From the IMG/VR virus record IMGVR_UViG_3300030060_006470: a stretch of 20,000 nucleotides of DNA; one strand, 5' to 3'. The notes under the pieces are model-generated. The model did not search any database, was not told the DNA's origin, and saw only the letters and a program-made list of their open reading frames with translations. This DNA is from an uncultured virus (IMG/VR IMGVR_UViG_3300030060_006470). Lineage: Duplodnaviria > Heunggongvirae > Uroviricota > Caudoviricetes. The position numbers and the translations under genes were made by a program. Below are positions 1-7,377 of this stretch, piece after piece (within the stretch, counting starts at the first letter, position 1; every line of letters starts with the position of its first letter).

Positions 1-1
1 G

Positions 2-163
2 GAAATAATATTAAAAGAAGAATTATTTGAAGACTTGACTCAAGGGTGGAAAGAAGAGGAACATTTATCTCAATCAGATGTGTATGTTTACAAAGAATTA
101 CTTGCTGAAGTTAGAACTCTAAAATGGTTCTTACATATTCTAATTAAAGAAGGAAAAGATTAA
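2..163 (+). CDS. 3' part of a hypothetical protein, truncated by the window edge
   Basis: Open frame EIILKEELFEDLTQGW...KEGKD* ending at TAA 161-163, translated by hand. Confidence 0.6.
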   Translation, partial: EIILKEELFEDLTQGWKEEEHLSQSDVYVYKELLAEVRTLKWFLHILIKEGKD

Positions 164-179
164 AAAAAATTACTATGGA

Positions 180-211
180 TTTGGTTATTAATATAATTTT
201 ACTTATCTTAG
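180..211 (+). promoter_or_regulatory. Bacteroidota-type sigma-A promoter (-33/-7)
   Basis: TTTG-N20-TATCTTAG; the known consensus is TTTG-N19-21-TAnnTTTG. Confidence 0.65.
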
Positions 212-260
212 GACTATATATAATGAGAAACTTATTTTTAGAACTAAAACAAGAAGACGT

Positions 261-380
261 ATGAAAAAATTAGATTTATTTTTAACACTATTGGTTGGGC
301 TTACAATGATTACAAGTGTGTTACATTACATAGAGAAAAGCTACCTATTTGTTGCTGGTAGACTTAAAAGAATTAAATAA
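261..380 (+). CDS. 39-aa hydrophobic peptide
   Basis: MKKLDLFLTLLVGLTMITSVLHYIEKSYLFVAGRLKRIK, between a promoter and a terminator; below the ORF-track cutoff. Confidence 0.4.
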   Translation: MKKLDLFLTLLVGLTMITSVLHYIEKSYLFVAGRLKRIK

Positions 381-408
381 TATTTTTGTTTCTGTTTTAT
401 TGGTTAGG

Positions 409-439
409 AGGGTGCATCTTTTAGGTGCATCTTTTTTTT
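409..439 (+). terminator. Intrinsic terminator
   Basis: gggtgcatct-ttt-aggtgcatct stem with G-U pairs, followed by a T-run. Confidence 0.6.
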
Positions 440-446
440 GTTTTAA

Positions 447-478
447 TTTGGTAGTTTAAATATAATTCCTTATATTAG
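447..478 (+). promoter_or_regulatory. Bacteroidota-type promoter
   Basis: TTTG-N20-TATATTAG, then tattctaaac. Confidence 0.7.
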
Positions 479-503
479 TATTCTAAACAGAAAAATATAA
501 GAG

Positions 504-710
504 ATGGTAAAAGATTTAGAGTATTATAGATTGAATTGCGAAGAAAACTATTTACATACACCAATAAGTGTATTGAGATATATTAAAGAATTGGAAAAGA
601 ATAATGAGAAAGTAAAAAGTGTAGTTTCTGAATTAAGAGATATTGCGTGGGATAATGCTACTGACAACTTTACCTATACAAGAATAAATGATTTATTAGA
701 AGATGTTTAG
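504..710 (+). CDS. Hypothetical phage protein (68 aa)
   Basis: ORF downstream of a promoter, A-rich start context. Confidence 0.75.
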   Translation: MVKDLEYYRLNCEENYLHTPISVLRYIKELEKNNEKVKSVVSELRDIAWDNATDNFTYTRINDLLEDV

Positions 711-714
711 TTAA

Positions 715-766
715 TTATAACGGTATAAGTAAATACCGTTTTAATGGAATTTAATTAATGTTATAC
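715..766. other. attC-like recombination site S1
   Basis: TAAC(718)...GTTA(760) with inner stem taaataccgtt/aatggaattta; left spacer 2 nt longer than right. Confidence 0.6.
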
Positions 767-784
767 ACTTTAAAATTAATATAA

Positions 785-967
785 ATGGAAAAGACAATTA
801 ATGATTTAATAAAAGATTTGCAGGCACTAAAGCCAGAGTTAAGAGAATTACCCGTAAAAATAAAAGCTGAAAATGGTTTGTTGTTTGAACCTAAAGCAAA
901 GGTTTTAGTAAATGAGAACCAAACGTTTATACATGAAGCTGAACAAATGATAATAACTTACGATTAA
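785..967 (+). CDS. Hypothetical protein (60 aa), cassette-borne
   Basis: ORF lying between attC-like sites S1 and S2. Confidence 0.75.
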   Translation: MEKTINDLIKDLQALKPELRELPVKIKAENGLLFEPKAKVLVNENQTFIHEAEQMIITYD

Positions 968-976
968 TTTTATTGT

Positions 977-1069
977 TTATAACGTTGAGTATAAATGCCG
1001 TTGCGATATACGGCACTAAATTAAAAAGATATGAGTAAAGAAAGCAATGGAATTTATACAGTGTTACCT
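977..1069. other. attC-like recombination site S2
   Basis: TAAC(980)-N5-gtataaatgccgttgc...gcaatggaatttatac-N3-GTTA(1063); 14 of 16 stem positions Watson-Crick. Confidence 0.65.
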
Positions 1070-1237
1070 ACCGTTTATCCTTTGATTGATAATAAACGAT
1101 GGTACGCTGAGAATGGAACAGTTTATAATGAAGCGGATGAAGACTTTAGAATCTTAATGGTTTGCGGAGAAAATAGTGAAATGAACTTACCTAATGATGT
1201 AGCAGAAAAAATAGCTGAATATCTAAATGGTAGGTAA
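1031..1237 (+). CDS. Hypothetical protein (68 aa), cassette-borne
   Basis: ATG lies in the loop of S2; the stop codon is the TAA of the terminal TAAC. Confidence 0.7.
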   Translation: MSKESNGIYTVLPTVYPLIDNKRWYAENGTVYNEADEDFRILMVCGENSEMNLPNDVAEKIAEYLNGR

Positions 1238-1292
1238 CAACTATGTAATGACACCTTTGCAGAGTCCATATAAACTGTAAATCAATTAATTA
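1235..1292 (+). repeat. attI-like array-end site with IHF-consensus box, copy 1
   Basis: 35 of 42 nt identical to the reverse complement of 18304-18345; AATCAA-TTAA-TTA at 1280-1292. Confidence 0.6.
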
Positions 1293-1305
1293 AACTGTTA
1301 TTTAA

Positions 1306-1337
1306 TTTGTTATATTAAATATTATTCCTTATATTAG
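1306..1337 (+). promoter_or_regulatory. Bacteroidota-type promoter, probably leaderless transcript
   Basis: TTTG-N20-TATATTAG-N4-ATG. Confidence 0.7.
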
Positions 1338-1341
1338 TATT

Positions 1342-1530
1342 ATGAAAAGATATTACGAGCAATGGATGGGTGGGAAGATTAAATATACAGTTAATTTCCA
1401 CGATGGTGTGCAAACACATAAGGATGGTTCACCGTTCTATGGTGTAGCCGTATTTAAAAACAAAAGAAAAAAGAATGACTTCGTTAAGAGGTTAGTTAGT
1501 GAGGGTTATACCATAAGACCTAACTATTAA
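1342..1530 (+). CDS. Hypothetical phage protein (62 aa)
   Basis: ORF directly after a promoter. Confidence 0.8.
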   Translation: MKRYYEQWMGGKIKYTVNFHDGVQTHKDGSPFYGVAVFKNKRKKNDFVKRLVSEGYTIRPNY

Positions 1531-1554
1531 TACTGTAATGAGCTACGTATTTAA

Positions 1555-1586
1555 TTTGTTATATTAAATAATATTTACTATATTAG
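1555..1586 (+). promoter_or_regulatory. Bacteroidota-type promoter, probably leaderless transcript
   Basis: TTTG-N20-TATATTAG-N4-ATG; near copy of 1306-1337. Confidence 0.7.
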
Positions 1587-1590
1587 CGTT

Positions 1591-1857
1591 ATGGAATTAT
1601 TTATAGATATTAAAGATAAGGTACACAATTCAAGTGGTATAGAAAAACCTCAAAATTATTATTGGGGTAAAGATGTTACTACTAATGGTATGTATTATCT
1701 TATAAGACTTATTGATGAAGATGAAATTCATGAAGAAATAAGAGAGTTCTTATATGCTAATGATAATCTACCTAATATTAGTCTGGATGAAATACCTTTG
1801 GATACATTTACAACTGAACAATTAGAACGTAGAGATTTTTTTATGAGTATGTTTTAA
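1591..1857 (+). CDS. Hypothetical protein (88 aa)
   Basis: ORF directly after a promoter. Confidence 0.75.
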   Translation: MELFIDIKDKVHNSSGIEKPQNYYWGKDVTTNGMYYLIRLIDEDEIHEEIREFLYANDNLPNISLDEIPLDTFTTEQLERRDFFMSMF

Positions 1858-1878
1858 TTTGTTAATAAAACGTGAATT

Positions 1879-2097
1879 ATGATAAAAATTGGTGAAAAAG
1901 TTAAAATGTCAGATGACCTAAAAGAAGGTTTGGTTAAAAACGGTTGTATAGACCACGTTAAAGAATTTGGGAATTGTGAAGGTATGGTTGAATCATGGGT
2001 TTATCCAAATACAGATATAAAAGAAGTGAATGTTAGGTGGAAACCCTCAAATCTAAGGTACGCATATGATATTGATATGTTGACCAATGTTTTATAA
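1879..2097 (+). CDS. Hypothetical protein (72 aa), possibly SH3/KOW-like and a decayed cassette
   Basis: IKIGEKVKM...EGMV...VNVRW pattern; flanks resemble cassette ends. Confidence 0.7.
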   Translation: MIKIGEKVKMSDDLKEGLVKNGCIDHVKEFGNCEGMVESWVYPNTDIKEVNVRWKPSNLRYAYDIDMLTNVL

Positions 2098-2142
2098 TGC
2101 TACAACTAAACACAGTTATAAATATTATTTCTTATAATATTG

Positions 2143-2213
2143 TAATGAGTTAGGTCATCTCACAAGGTGGTAAATCTCGGATATTACGTGGCGTCTGAGT
2201 GCCTAACCCATTA
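2143..2213 (+). ncRNA. Candidate structured RNA (long hairpin)
   Basis: taatgagttaggtcatctca pairs with tgagtgcctaacccatta; relatively GC-rich, intergenic, upstream of a terminator. Confidence 0.35.
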
Positions 2214-2242
2214 TTAAATAATAGACACATTTGTGTATATTG

Positions 2243-2278
2243 AAAAAGGGAGAGCGGATAAACCACTTTCCCTTTTTT
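2243..2278. terminator. Bidirectional intrinsic terminator
   Basis: aaaaagggagagcgg-ataaa-ccactttccctttttt between convergent units. Confidence 0.65.
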
Positions 2279-2431
2279 AGTTTAAACCAATAAAACTAAT
2301 CTTATCCAATTAATATCATAACTTGTTGTCCAGTCCAGATTATATTATCTAACTTGCTAGACTTATGCGAATGTAATAATAATTTACCACTAACCCAAAT
2401 TATACCACAAAATAATATCTTATTCATCTTT

Positions 2432-2665
2432 TTAAATTATAGGTGTTATTGTTTCAATAGTAACTGTCTTCAAGTCTTCATCACCACTTATACACATACC
2501 ATCAATATGATTACTAACACTACAAGAGTGTTGCTCATTTAGACAGAATATGTTTGTATCTGAAAACATAACTTGTTCTTGTACCCACTCAAAAATATCA
2601 TCAAATGATGCTTTTTCACTAAAGAAAAGTGTTGTGGAATTTCCGTTTATAAATATCTGTTTCAT
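2432..2665 (-). CDS. Hypothetical protein (77 aa)
   Basis: Own minus-strand promoter at 2670-2701. Confidence 0.75.
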   Translation of the reverse strand: MKQIFINGNSTTLFFSEKASFDDIFEWVQEQVMFSDTNIFCLNEQHSCSVSNHIDGMCISGDEDLKTVTIETITPII

Positions 2666-2669
2666 AATG

Positions 2670-2701
2670 CTAATATAAGAATTAATATTCGATTTACCAA
2701 A
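2670..2701 (-). promoter_or_regulatory. Bacteroidota-type promoter, probably leaderless transcript
   Basis: Minus strand TTTG-N20-TATATTAG-catt-ATG. Confidence 0.7.
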
Positions 2702-2721
2702 TATTAAATAAAATAAAAATA

Positions 2722-2795
2722 TATTAAATAATATTAGGAATATCTAAATAAGTTTATTATCTTAGTACTCTAACCAATTAAAACAAATAACAATG
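2722..2795 (+). promoter_or_regulatory. Promoter plus leader block, near-identical to 3139-3212
   Basis: TTAG-N20-TATCTTAG-tacTCTAAC...aaaacaaataacaATG. Confidence 0.7.
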
Positions 2796-3086
2796 AGATT
2801 AATTACAAAAAAATCAGTTGAAGCTTTTAATAACGCTAAAGCATTTAAGAATTCTAATACAGAAATTGAGGTATTTCCAAACGTAACTGTAATGAAGTTA
2901 TTCGGTAACGAAATAGCATATAGATATAACGACCCTAAGAGAACGCTAAGTATAACGAATTGTGGTTGGAAGAGTAATACGACAAAGGAAAGATTAAACG
3001 CTATTAGTGGTGTTAATATACAACAAAAAAAGGGTGTTTGGTATTTGAACGGTAAAGAATGGAACGGTAACTTAATTGATGTTTGA
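2793..3086 (+). CDS. Hypothetical phage protein (97 aa)
   Basis: Promoter-ORF-terminator unit; LFGNEIA and GWKSNTTKERLNA resemble a recurrent phage family. Confidence 0.85.
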   Translation: MRLITKKSVEAFNNAKAFKNSNTEIEVFPNVTVMKLFGNEIAYRYNDPKRTLSITNCGWKSNTTKERLNAISGVNIQQKKGVWYLNGKEWNGNLIDV

Positions 3087-3109
3087 AAATAAGGTTTAAA
3101 GTTAGATTA

Positions 3110-3139
3110 AAAGGGTAGTTTAAAAGCTATCCTTTTTTT
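3110..3139 (+). terminator. Intrinsic terminator of the repeated family
   Basis: aaagggtagt-ttaaaa-gctatccttttttt. Confidence 0.8.
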
Positions 3140-3212
3140 ATTAAATAATATTAGGAATATCCAAATAAGTTTTTTATCTTAGTACTCTAATCATTAAAAC
3201 AAATAACCAATG
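3139..3212 (+). promoter_or_regulatory. Promoter plus leader block, near-identical to 2722-2795
   Basis: TTAG-N20-TATCTTAG-tacTCTAAT. Confidence 0.7.
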
Positions 3213-3467
3213 CAAAACGAAAAACTTACATTCTTGAAGTCTGACGCTATTGATATAGTAACTAAGAATTACGAATACTTCTCTAGTATGATTATGTGTT
3301 CTGTTATGGGTAAAATAAACCTAGATGAAGCAGGTATTAAATTGTCAGAACTACAAGAATATACAAAATTATTAAGTGAACAATTAACACTAATTTATGA
3401 GATTGATAACCCTATAATGGAAATACCTAAACATTTATTTGATAGGGTAAAAGAATTAAAGTTATAA
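3210..3467 (+). CDS. Hypothetical protein (85 aa)
   Basis: Promoter-ORF-terminator unit. Confidence 0.8.
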   Translation: MQNEKLTFLKSDAIDIVTKNYEYFSSMIMCSVMGKINLDEAGIKLSELQEYTKLLSEQLTLIYEIDNPIMEIPKHLFDRVKELKL

Positions 3468-3480
3468 CACCCAACACAAT

Positions 3481-3700
3481 TAAATTAAAGGTAGTCCAAT
3501 CGGCTACCTTTTTTTATGACCAGGAATTAATTATAAGACCATTTTAAAGCCATTTAAGACACTATTATAATTAAATGGATATAGATTACCACTTAATTAA
3601 TAAACCACCTTAAAACCTATTAATTAATTAAATAAAAAAATATTACTTTTTATTTGCATATGTCAAATATTCTTATATATTTTATTATATAGGGAAATTG
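3481..3700 (+). repeat. ~220-bp intergenic repeat U1 (terminator, inverted-repeat module, TTTGCATATGTCAAA...TATAGGG core)
   Basis: Collinear with 4023-4242, 5880-6102 and 6659-6880; terminator at 3487-3515. Confidence 0.85.
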
Positions 3701-3745
3701 ACATTTAAAATTATCTTGACCAGGGAAAAATTTTTAAAAATAAAG

Positions 3746-3790
3746 CTTGTGGGGACAAAATAAAATTACTATATTAGTGGTCTAACTTTT
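3746..3790 (+). promoter_or_regulatory. Bacteroidota-type promoter with TCTAAC start motif
   Basis: CTTG-N20-TATATTAG-tggTCTAACtttt. Confidence 0.65.
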
Positions 3791-3802
3791 AAAGTTTGAA
3801 TT

Positions 3803-4009
3803 ATGAGAGGAATTTATTACAATGAACTTAACGGGAACACTTACTTAGTTCTTAACGTGGAAAACAATGTTGTTCATGTTAATAGTGTAGTGGTTAGCAG
3901 AATAGGTACTATGCTAAAAGTATTGGACGGTGTCAGAGGTATACCTTTAGATGTTTTTGAAAAGTTTAAACATAGTGGAAACTATACTAAGGAAGACATA
4001 AATGATTAG
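3803..4009 (+). CDS. Hypothetical protein (68 aa)
   Basis: Promoter-ORF-terminator unit. Confidence 0.8.
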   Translation: MRGIYYNELNGNTYLVLNVENNVVHVNSVVVSRIGTMLKVLDGVRGIPLDVFEKFKHSGNYTKEDIND

Positions 4010-4022
4010 TCTTCTTTAAACT

Positions 4023-4242
4023 CTAATTAAAGGATAGTTAATAGCTATCCTTTTTTTATGCTCAGTAATTAAATCTAAGGTTATTTTTAAGCCACCTATA
4101 AAACCTTTATAATTAAATGGACATAGATTATAGTATCATAACTGAACTTGCCTTAAAACAGCTTTAAATATTAATTTAAATAAATATTAATTATTATTTG
4201 CATATGTCAAAATTTTTTTTATATTTTATATATAGGGAAATT
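4023..4242 (+). repeat. Intergenic repeat U2
   Basis: Terminator 4029-4057, arms 4076-4091 and 4152-4166, core 4197-4241. Confidence 0.85.
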
Positions 4243-4250
4243 TCAGATAT

Positions 4251-4273
4251 AAAAAAAGGGAGCAACTGCCCCC
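4251..4273 (-). terminator. Intrinsic terminator
   Basis: Minus strand ggggcagttgctccc followed by T7, downstream of ORF 4300-4554. Confidence 0.6.
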
Positions 4274-4299
4274 ATAACCAATAAACCAAATTAATACCT

Positions 4300-4554
4300 T
4301 TACTCCTCATTTAAATCCCCCCATAACATCTTACATAATATGTCTGAATCATTTTCAACATCTTTAATTCTTTGCTTAATCTTTTTTCTTAACTCAAGAG
4401 TTTCCTCATCAGTATCACAACCAAGCCAAGCGTCATCAAGTTCAGACTCGTGAGCATCTTTCAATCCCCATAAATCTTTAATAGTGTCCTCAACTAAAAC
4501 CTTATTGTTGAAATCGAACTTGTCCATGTTTGTTAATATTCTAAATCCATTCAT
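4300..4554 (-). CDS. Hypothetical protein (84 aa)
   Basis: Own promoter TTTG-N19-TAACTTAG-taaTCTAAC at 4611-4572 and a terminator. Confidence 0.8.
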   Translation of the reverse strand: MNGFRILTNMDKFDFNNKVLVEDTIKDLWGLKDAHESELDDAWLGCDTDEETLELRKKIKQRIKDVENDSDILCKMLWGDLNEE

Positions 4555-4657
4555 AATGTTACTGTTTTAAAGTTAGATTACTAAGTTAATAAATTTATTT
4601 CATTCAACAAAATTTAATATACACATTTGTGTATATATGTGTGAGGGGAAAGAAGGA

Positions 4658-4828
4658 CTAAATAAGTCCCTCTTCCTCCAATGCTCTCAATTCAAAACCT
4701 CTAACATATAATCTGTTAGCCTTATCGAATTCTTTCTTAGCTAGAGCCTTTTGCCCCTTTTCATAAAGTTTCCAACCTTTGTCAAGAGCCTTTAATCCTA
4801 ATTTTTCGTACTTGTTGTCCTTAGCCAT
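4658..4828 (-). CDS. 56-aa helical hypothetical protein, not in the ORF track
   Basis: MAKDNKYEKLGLKALDKGWKLYEKGQKALAKKEFDKANRLYVRGFELRALEEEGLI; own promoter TTTG-N20-TATATTTA-catTCTAAC at ~4886-4846. Confidence 0.75.
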   Translation of the reverse strand: MAKDNKYEKLGLKALDKGWKLYEKGQKALAKKEFDKANRLYVRGFELRALEEEGLI

Positions 4829-4939
4829 ATTATTACCGTTTTAAAGTTAGAATGTAAATATAGTAAATTAACATCATACCACCAAATTTATTTTACTGTC
4901 ACTTATTAACATTTAATTGTTAATAAAGAAATCTTCTAA

Positions 4940-4990
4940 TTTATTTTGATATGTCAAATATTCTTCTATATTTTTATTATATAGGGAAAT
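4940..4990 (+). repeat. Core-only copy U3 of the intergenic repeat
   Basis: ttttgatatgtcaaatattcttctatatttttattatatagggaaat. Confidence 0.75.
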
Positions 4991-5209
4991 GTAGTTTTTT
5001 ATTATTTAAAGGTCAAAAAAATAATTAATAAATAAGTAAAAATAAATGTTAAAAAATTAGGAAAATCCAAAAATCCACTGAAGCCCCTTTTTAGCCCTTT
5101 TAAGGCACTTTTACCCTTTTTAGGTATCAGTATATCACTTTTTAGAGAACTTAAAAAACCTCTGTAACTTACTGTAAATCAGTAACTTATAAATTAGTTT
5201 AAAAATAAA

Positions 5210-5259
5210 TTTGGATTGTATGCTACTATTCACTATATTAGCAGTCTAACTTTTAAAAC
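5210..5259 (+). promoter_or_regulatory. Bacteroidota-type promoter with TCTAAC start motif
   Basis: TTTG-N20-TATATTAG-cagTCTAACttttaaaac; IHF-like AATCAG-TAAC-TTA just upstream at 5177-5189. Confidence 0.7.
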
Positions 5260-5267
5260 TTATAAAA

Positions 5268-5864
5268 ATGGCAAATTTTATTATTACAACTACTGACGAA
5301 TTGGCAACTTTTATTACTAACGAGGGAATTAAGGCTACTAAATTTAGTGCTATTTACTTTACAGAAGAAAGTAAAAGTAGAACAAAAAATAAGGTTAAAA
5401 CCGTTAACAAACTTGTTAAAACTGAAATGAGGTTGGCAGAAAGTTACCAAAACAAAATTGAAAACAGAATTAACGAGGATTACAAGCCCGATAGCCCTAG
5501 AGGTTTAGAGTATGTTAGCCCTTTCTTTTTTAGAGGTATTAAGGCAGGCGATTTGAGGTTGAACGCTTATTCTAGTGGTTACATACCAACAACTAAATAT
5601 TACCATAGTGGTACTGTTAAAACTATTGAGGAATTAAAAGGTTTAGATTTATTAAGCCCTTCATTTTTTACTAAAAAAGAAACTGTTGGGAAAGGTAAAG
5701 TTAGCGAAGAAGATGATTTCTTTGTTACTAGACTAAGGTTAAACAGAGTTATTATGTTTACTTACAAAAAGAAAACTTTTGTTAATGTTGAGGGGTTGAA
5801 AAATTACCTTGAAAATGTTGAGGAGGTTAACGAGAGTATTAAGCCTTACGTTGAAATGATTTAA
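5268..5864 (+). CDS. Hypothetical phage protein (198 aa)
   Basis: Promoter-ORF-terminator unit. Confidence 0.9.
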   Translation: MANFIITTTDELATFITNEGIKATKFSAIYFTEESKSRTKNKVKTVNKLVKTEMRLAESYQNKIENRINEDYKPDSPRGLEYVSPFFFRGIKAGDLRLNAYSSGYIPTTKYYHSGTVKTIEELKGLDLLSPSFFTKKETVGKGKVSEEDDFFVTRLRLNRVIMFTYKKKTFVNVEGLKNYLENVEEVNESIKPYVEMI

Positions 5865-5879
5865 TAGGGTTAATAAGAT

Positions 5880-6102
5880 AAATTAAAGGGTAGTTTAAAA
5901 GCTACCCTTTTTTTATACCCTAACATTAAATCTAAGGCTATTTTTAAGCTATCTAATGAACTATAATATTTATATGGATATAGATTATATTATCATAATA
6001 AAAAATCGCTTAAAACAGCCTTAAATGATATTTTAATTAAATATTAAATAAAGTTTGCATATGTCAAATATTCTATTATATTTTAATATATAGGGGAAAT
6101 TT
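5880..6102 (+). repeat. Intergenic repeat U4
   Basis: Terminator 5885-5914, arms 5933-5949 and 6008-6023, core 6054-6100. Confidence 0.85.
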
Positions 6103-6122
6103 GAAATTAAATTAAATATTGT

Positions 6123-6162
6123 TTTGTATAACTCAAGTATTTTTTTATATTTGTGGTCTAAC
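6123..6162 (+). promoter_or_regulatory. Consensus Bacteroidota promoter
   Basis: TTTG-N19-TATATTTG-tggTCTAAC. Confidence 0.8.
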
Positions 6163-6191
6163 CAATATTTTTTAACTTAAATTTTTTTATT

Positions 6192-6641
6192 ATGGACAAC
6201 AGAAACATAGAAGTAAAATTAGCAAATTCTTTTCATTATGAAATTGAAAACTTGTCTTTAGATGCTCAAAAATTAATTAGAACTCAAGAAAGTGGTAAGT
6301 ACGATACTTTTTCTTTTGTTAATGCACCCGCAAAGGTTAATTGGTGTGGCACTTGTAACGGTACAGGTAAAAGAAGTATTTATGATGTGCAAGGTTATGA
6401 TATTGACAGAATGATGAATACAGGAGATTACGAGGCAGATATGGAATTTAGAGAAGATTATTTTGGTGGTAAAACTGATACTTGTTGTGATGTTTGTGAA
6501 GGTACAAAAATTCAAAATGAAGTAGATTACGATTCATTGAATGAATTACAAAATGAAATTTTTGAAGCTAATTGGAAATGTTATAGGGAAGAAGCGCAAG
6601 ACAGAGCAGAAGAAGAAGCAGAGAGAAGAGCAGGTTGTTAA
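6192..6641 (+). CDS. DnaJ-type CxxCxGxG zinc-finger protein (149 aa)
   Basis: CGTCNGTG and CDVCEGTK motifs; no J-domain HPD motif. Confidence 0.75.
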   Translation: MDNRNIEVKLANSFHYEIENLSLDAQKLIRTQESGKYDTFSFVNAPAKVNWCGTCNGTGKRSIYDVQGYDIDRMMNTGDYEADMEFREDYFGGKTDTCCDVCEGTKIQNEVDYDSLNELQNEIFEANWKCYREEAQDRAEEEAERRAGC

Positions 6642-6658
6642 TTTGCTCTTATAGTTTA

Positions 6659-6880
6659 TAAATTTAAAGGTAGTCTAATAGGCTACCTTTTTTTATGTCT
6701 AATAATTAAATCTAAGACTATTTTTAAGCTATCTAATAGAATATAATACTTAAATGGATATAGATTACCACTTAATTAATAAAACACTCTTAAAACAGTC
6801 TTAAATGATATTTTAAATAAATATTAAATAAAGTTTGCATATGTCAAATATTCTGTTATATTTTATTATATAGGTAAAAT
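6659..6880 (+). repeat. Intergenic repeat U5
   Basis: Terminator 6666-6694, arms 6713-6728 and 6789-6803, core 6834-6880; an extra core variant follows at 6899-6945. Confidence 0.85.
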
Positions 6881-6960
6881 AAAAAAAATCACTTTTTATT
6901 TGGTAGTGTTAAATATTTTTCTATATTCTATTATATAGGGCAAATTAAATTAAATATTGT

Positions 6961-7004
6961 TTTGTATAAGTCAATTATTTTTTTATCTTTGTAGTCTAAC
7001 TTTT
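6961..7004 (+). promoter_or_regulatory. Consensus Bacteroidota promoter
   Basis: TTTG-N19-TATCTTTG-tagTCTAACtttt. Confidence 0.8.
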
Positions 7005-7016
7005 AATTTTATTTTT

Positions 7017-7361
7017 ATGAAAACTGTTTATTCTGAAATTTTTGAAAACGAAACTGAAATGGTAATTGAGTTAAAAACTGCACTTTATAATAGATTAGGA
7101 GATTCAAGTCTTTTGACTGATGGAATTTATTATTCTATTGCTGAAGCTATTGGAGAATGGGAACGTGATTGTTTAAAGGATTTTAAAGAGGTTTCCAATG
7201 AGAAGTATATAGGTTGGGAAGTTAGGGTTTCGGGAAATTACGATAACATTGAGAGAGTTGTAAAACCGTATTTACCAAGTTGGATTATGGACGCTAAAGT
7301 TAAAAATTACAAGCACGCTAAAAACCTATTTAATAAATATTTAAGGTTTGCTGAGATTTGA
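7017..7361 (+). CDS. Hypothetical protein (114 aa; start moved from 6957)
   Basis: The ATG at 7017 lies downstream of the promoter, while the TTG at 6957 precedes it. Confidence 0.8.
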   Translation: MKTVYSEIFENETEMVIELKTALYNRLGDSSLLTDGIYYSIAEAIGEWERDCLKDFKEVSNEKYIGWEVRVSGNYDNIERVVKPYLPSWIMDAKVKNYKHAKNLFNKYLRFAEI

Positions 7362-7377
7362 TAATTTTATAGCTTAT

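Noticed and set aside
223..264. 13-codon ORF overlapping the 39-aa ORF by ATGA
   Set aside because: Too short to support; may be a remnant of a frameshifted gene
2354..6515. Shadow ORFs 2354-2542, 5253-5450 and 6273-6515
   Set aside because: Antisense to genes that have their own promoter
6957..7016. N-terminal extension MFCISQLFF of the 134-aa ORF
   Set aside because: It overlaps the promoter at 6961-6991; ATG 7017 is the better start
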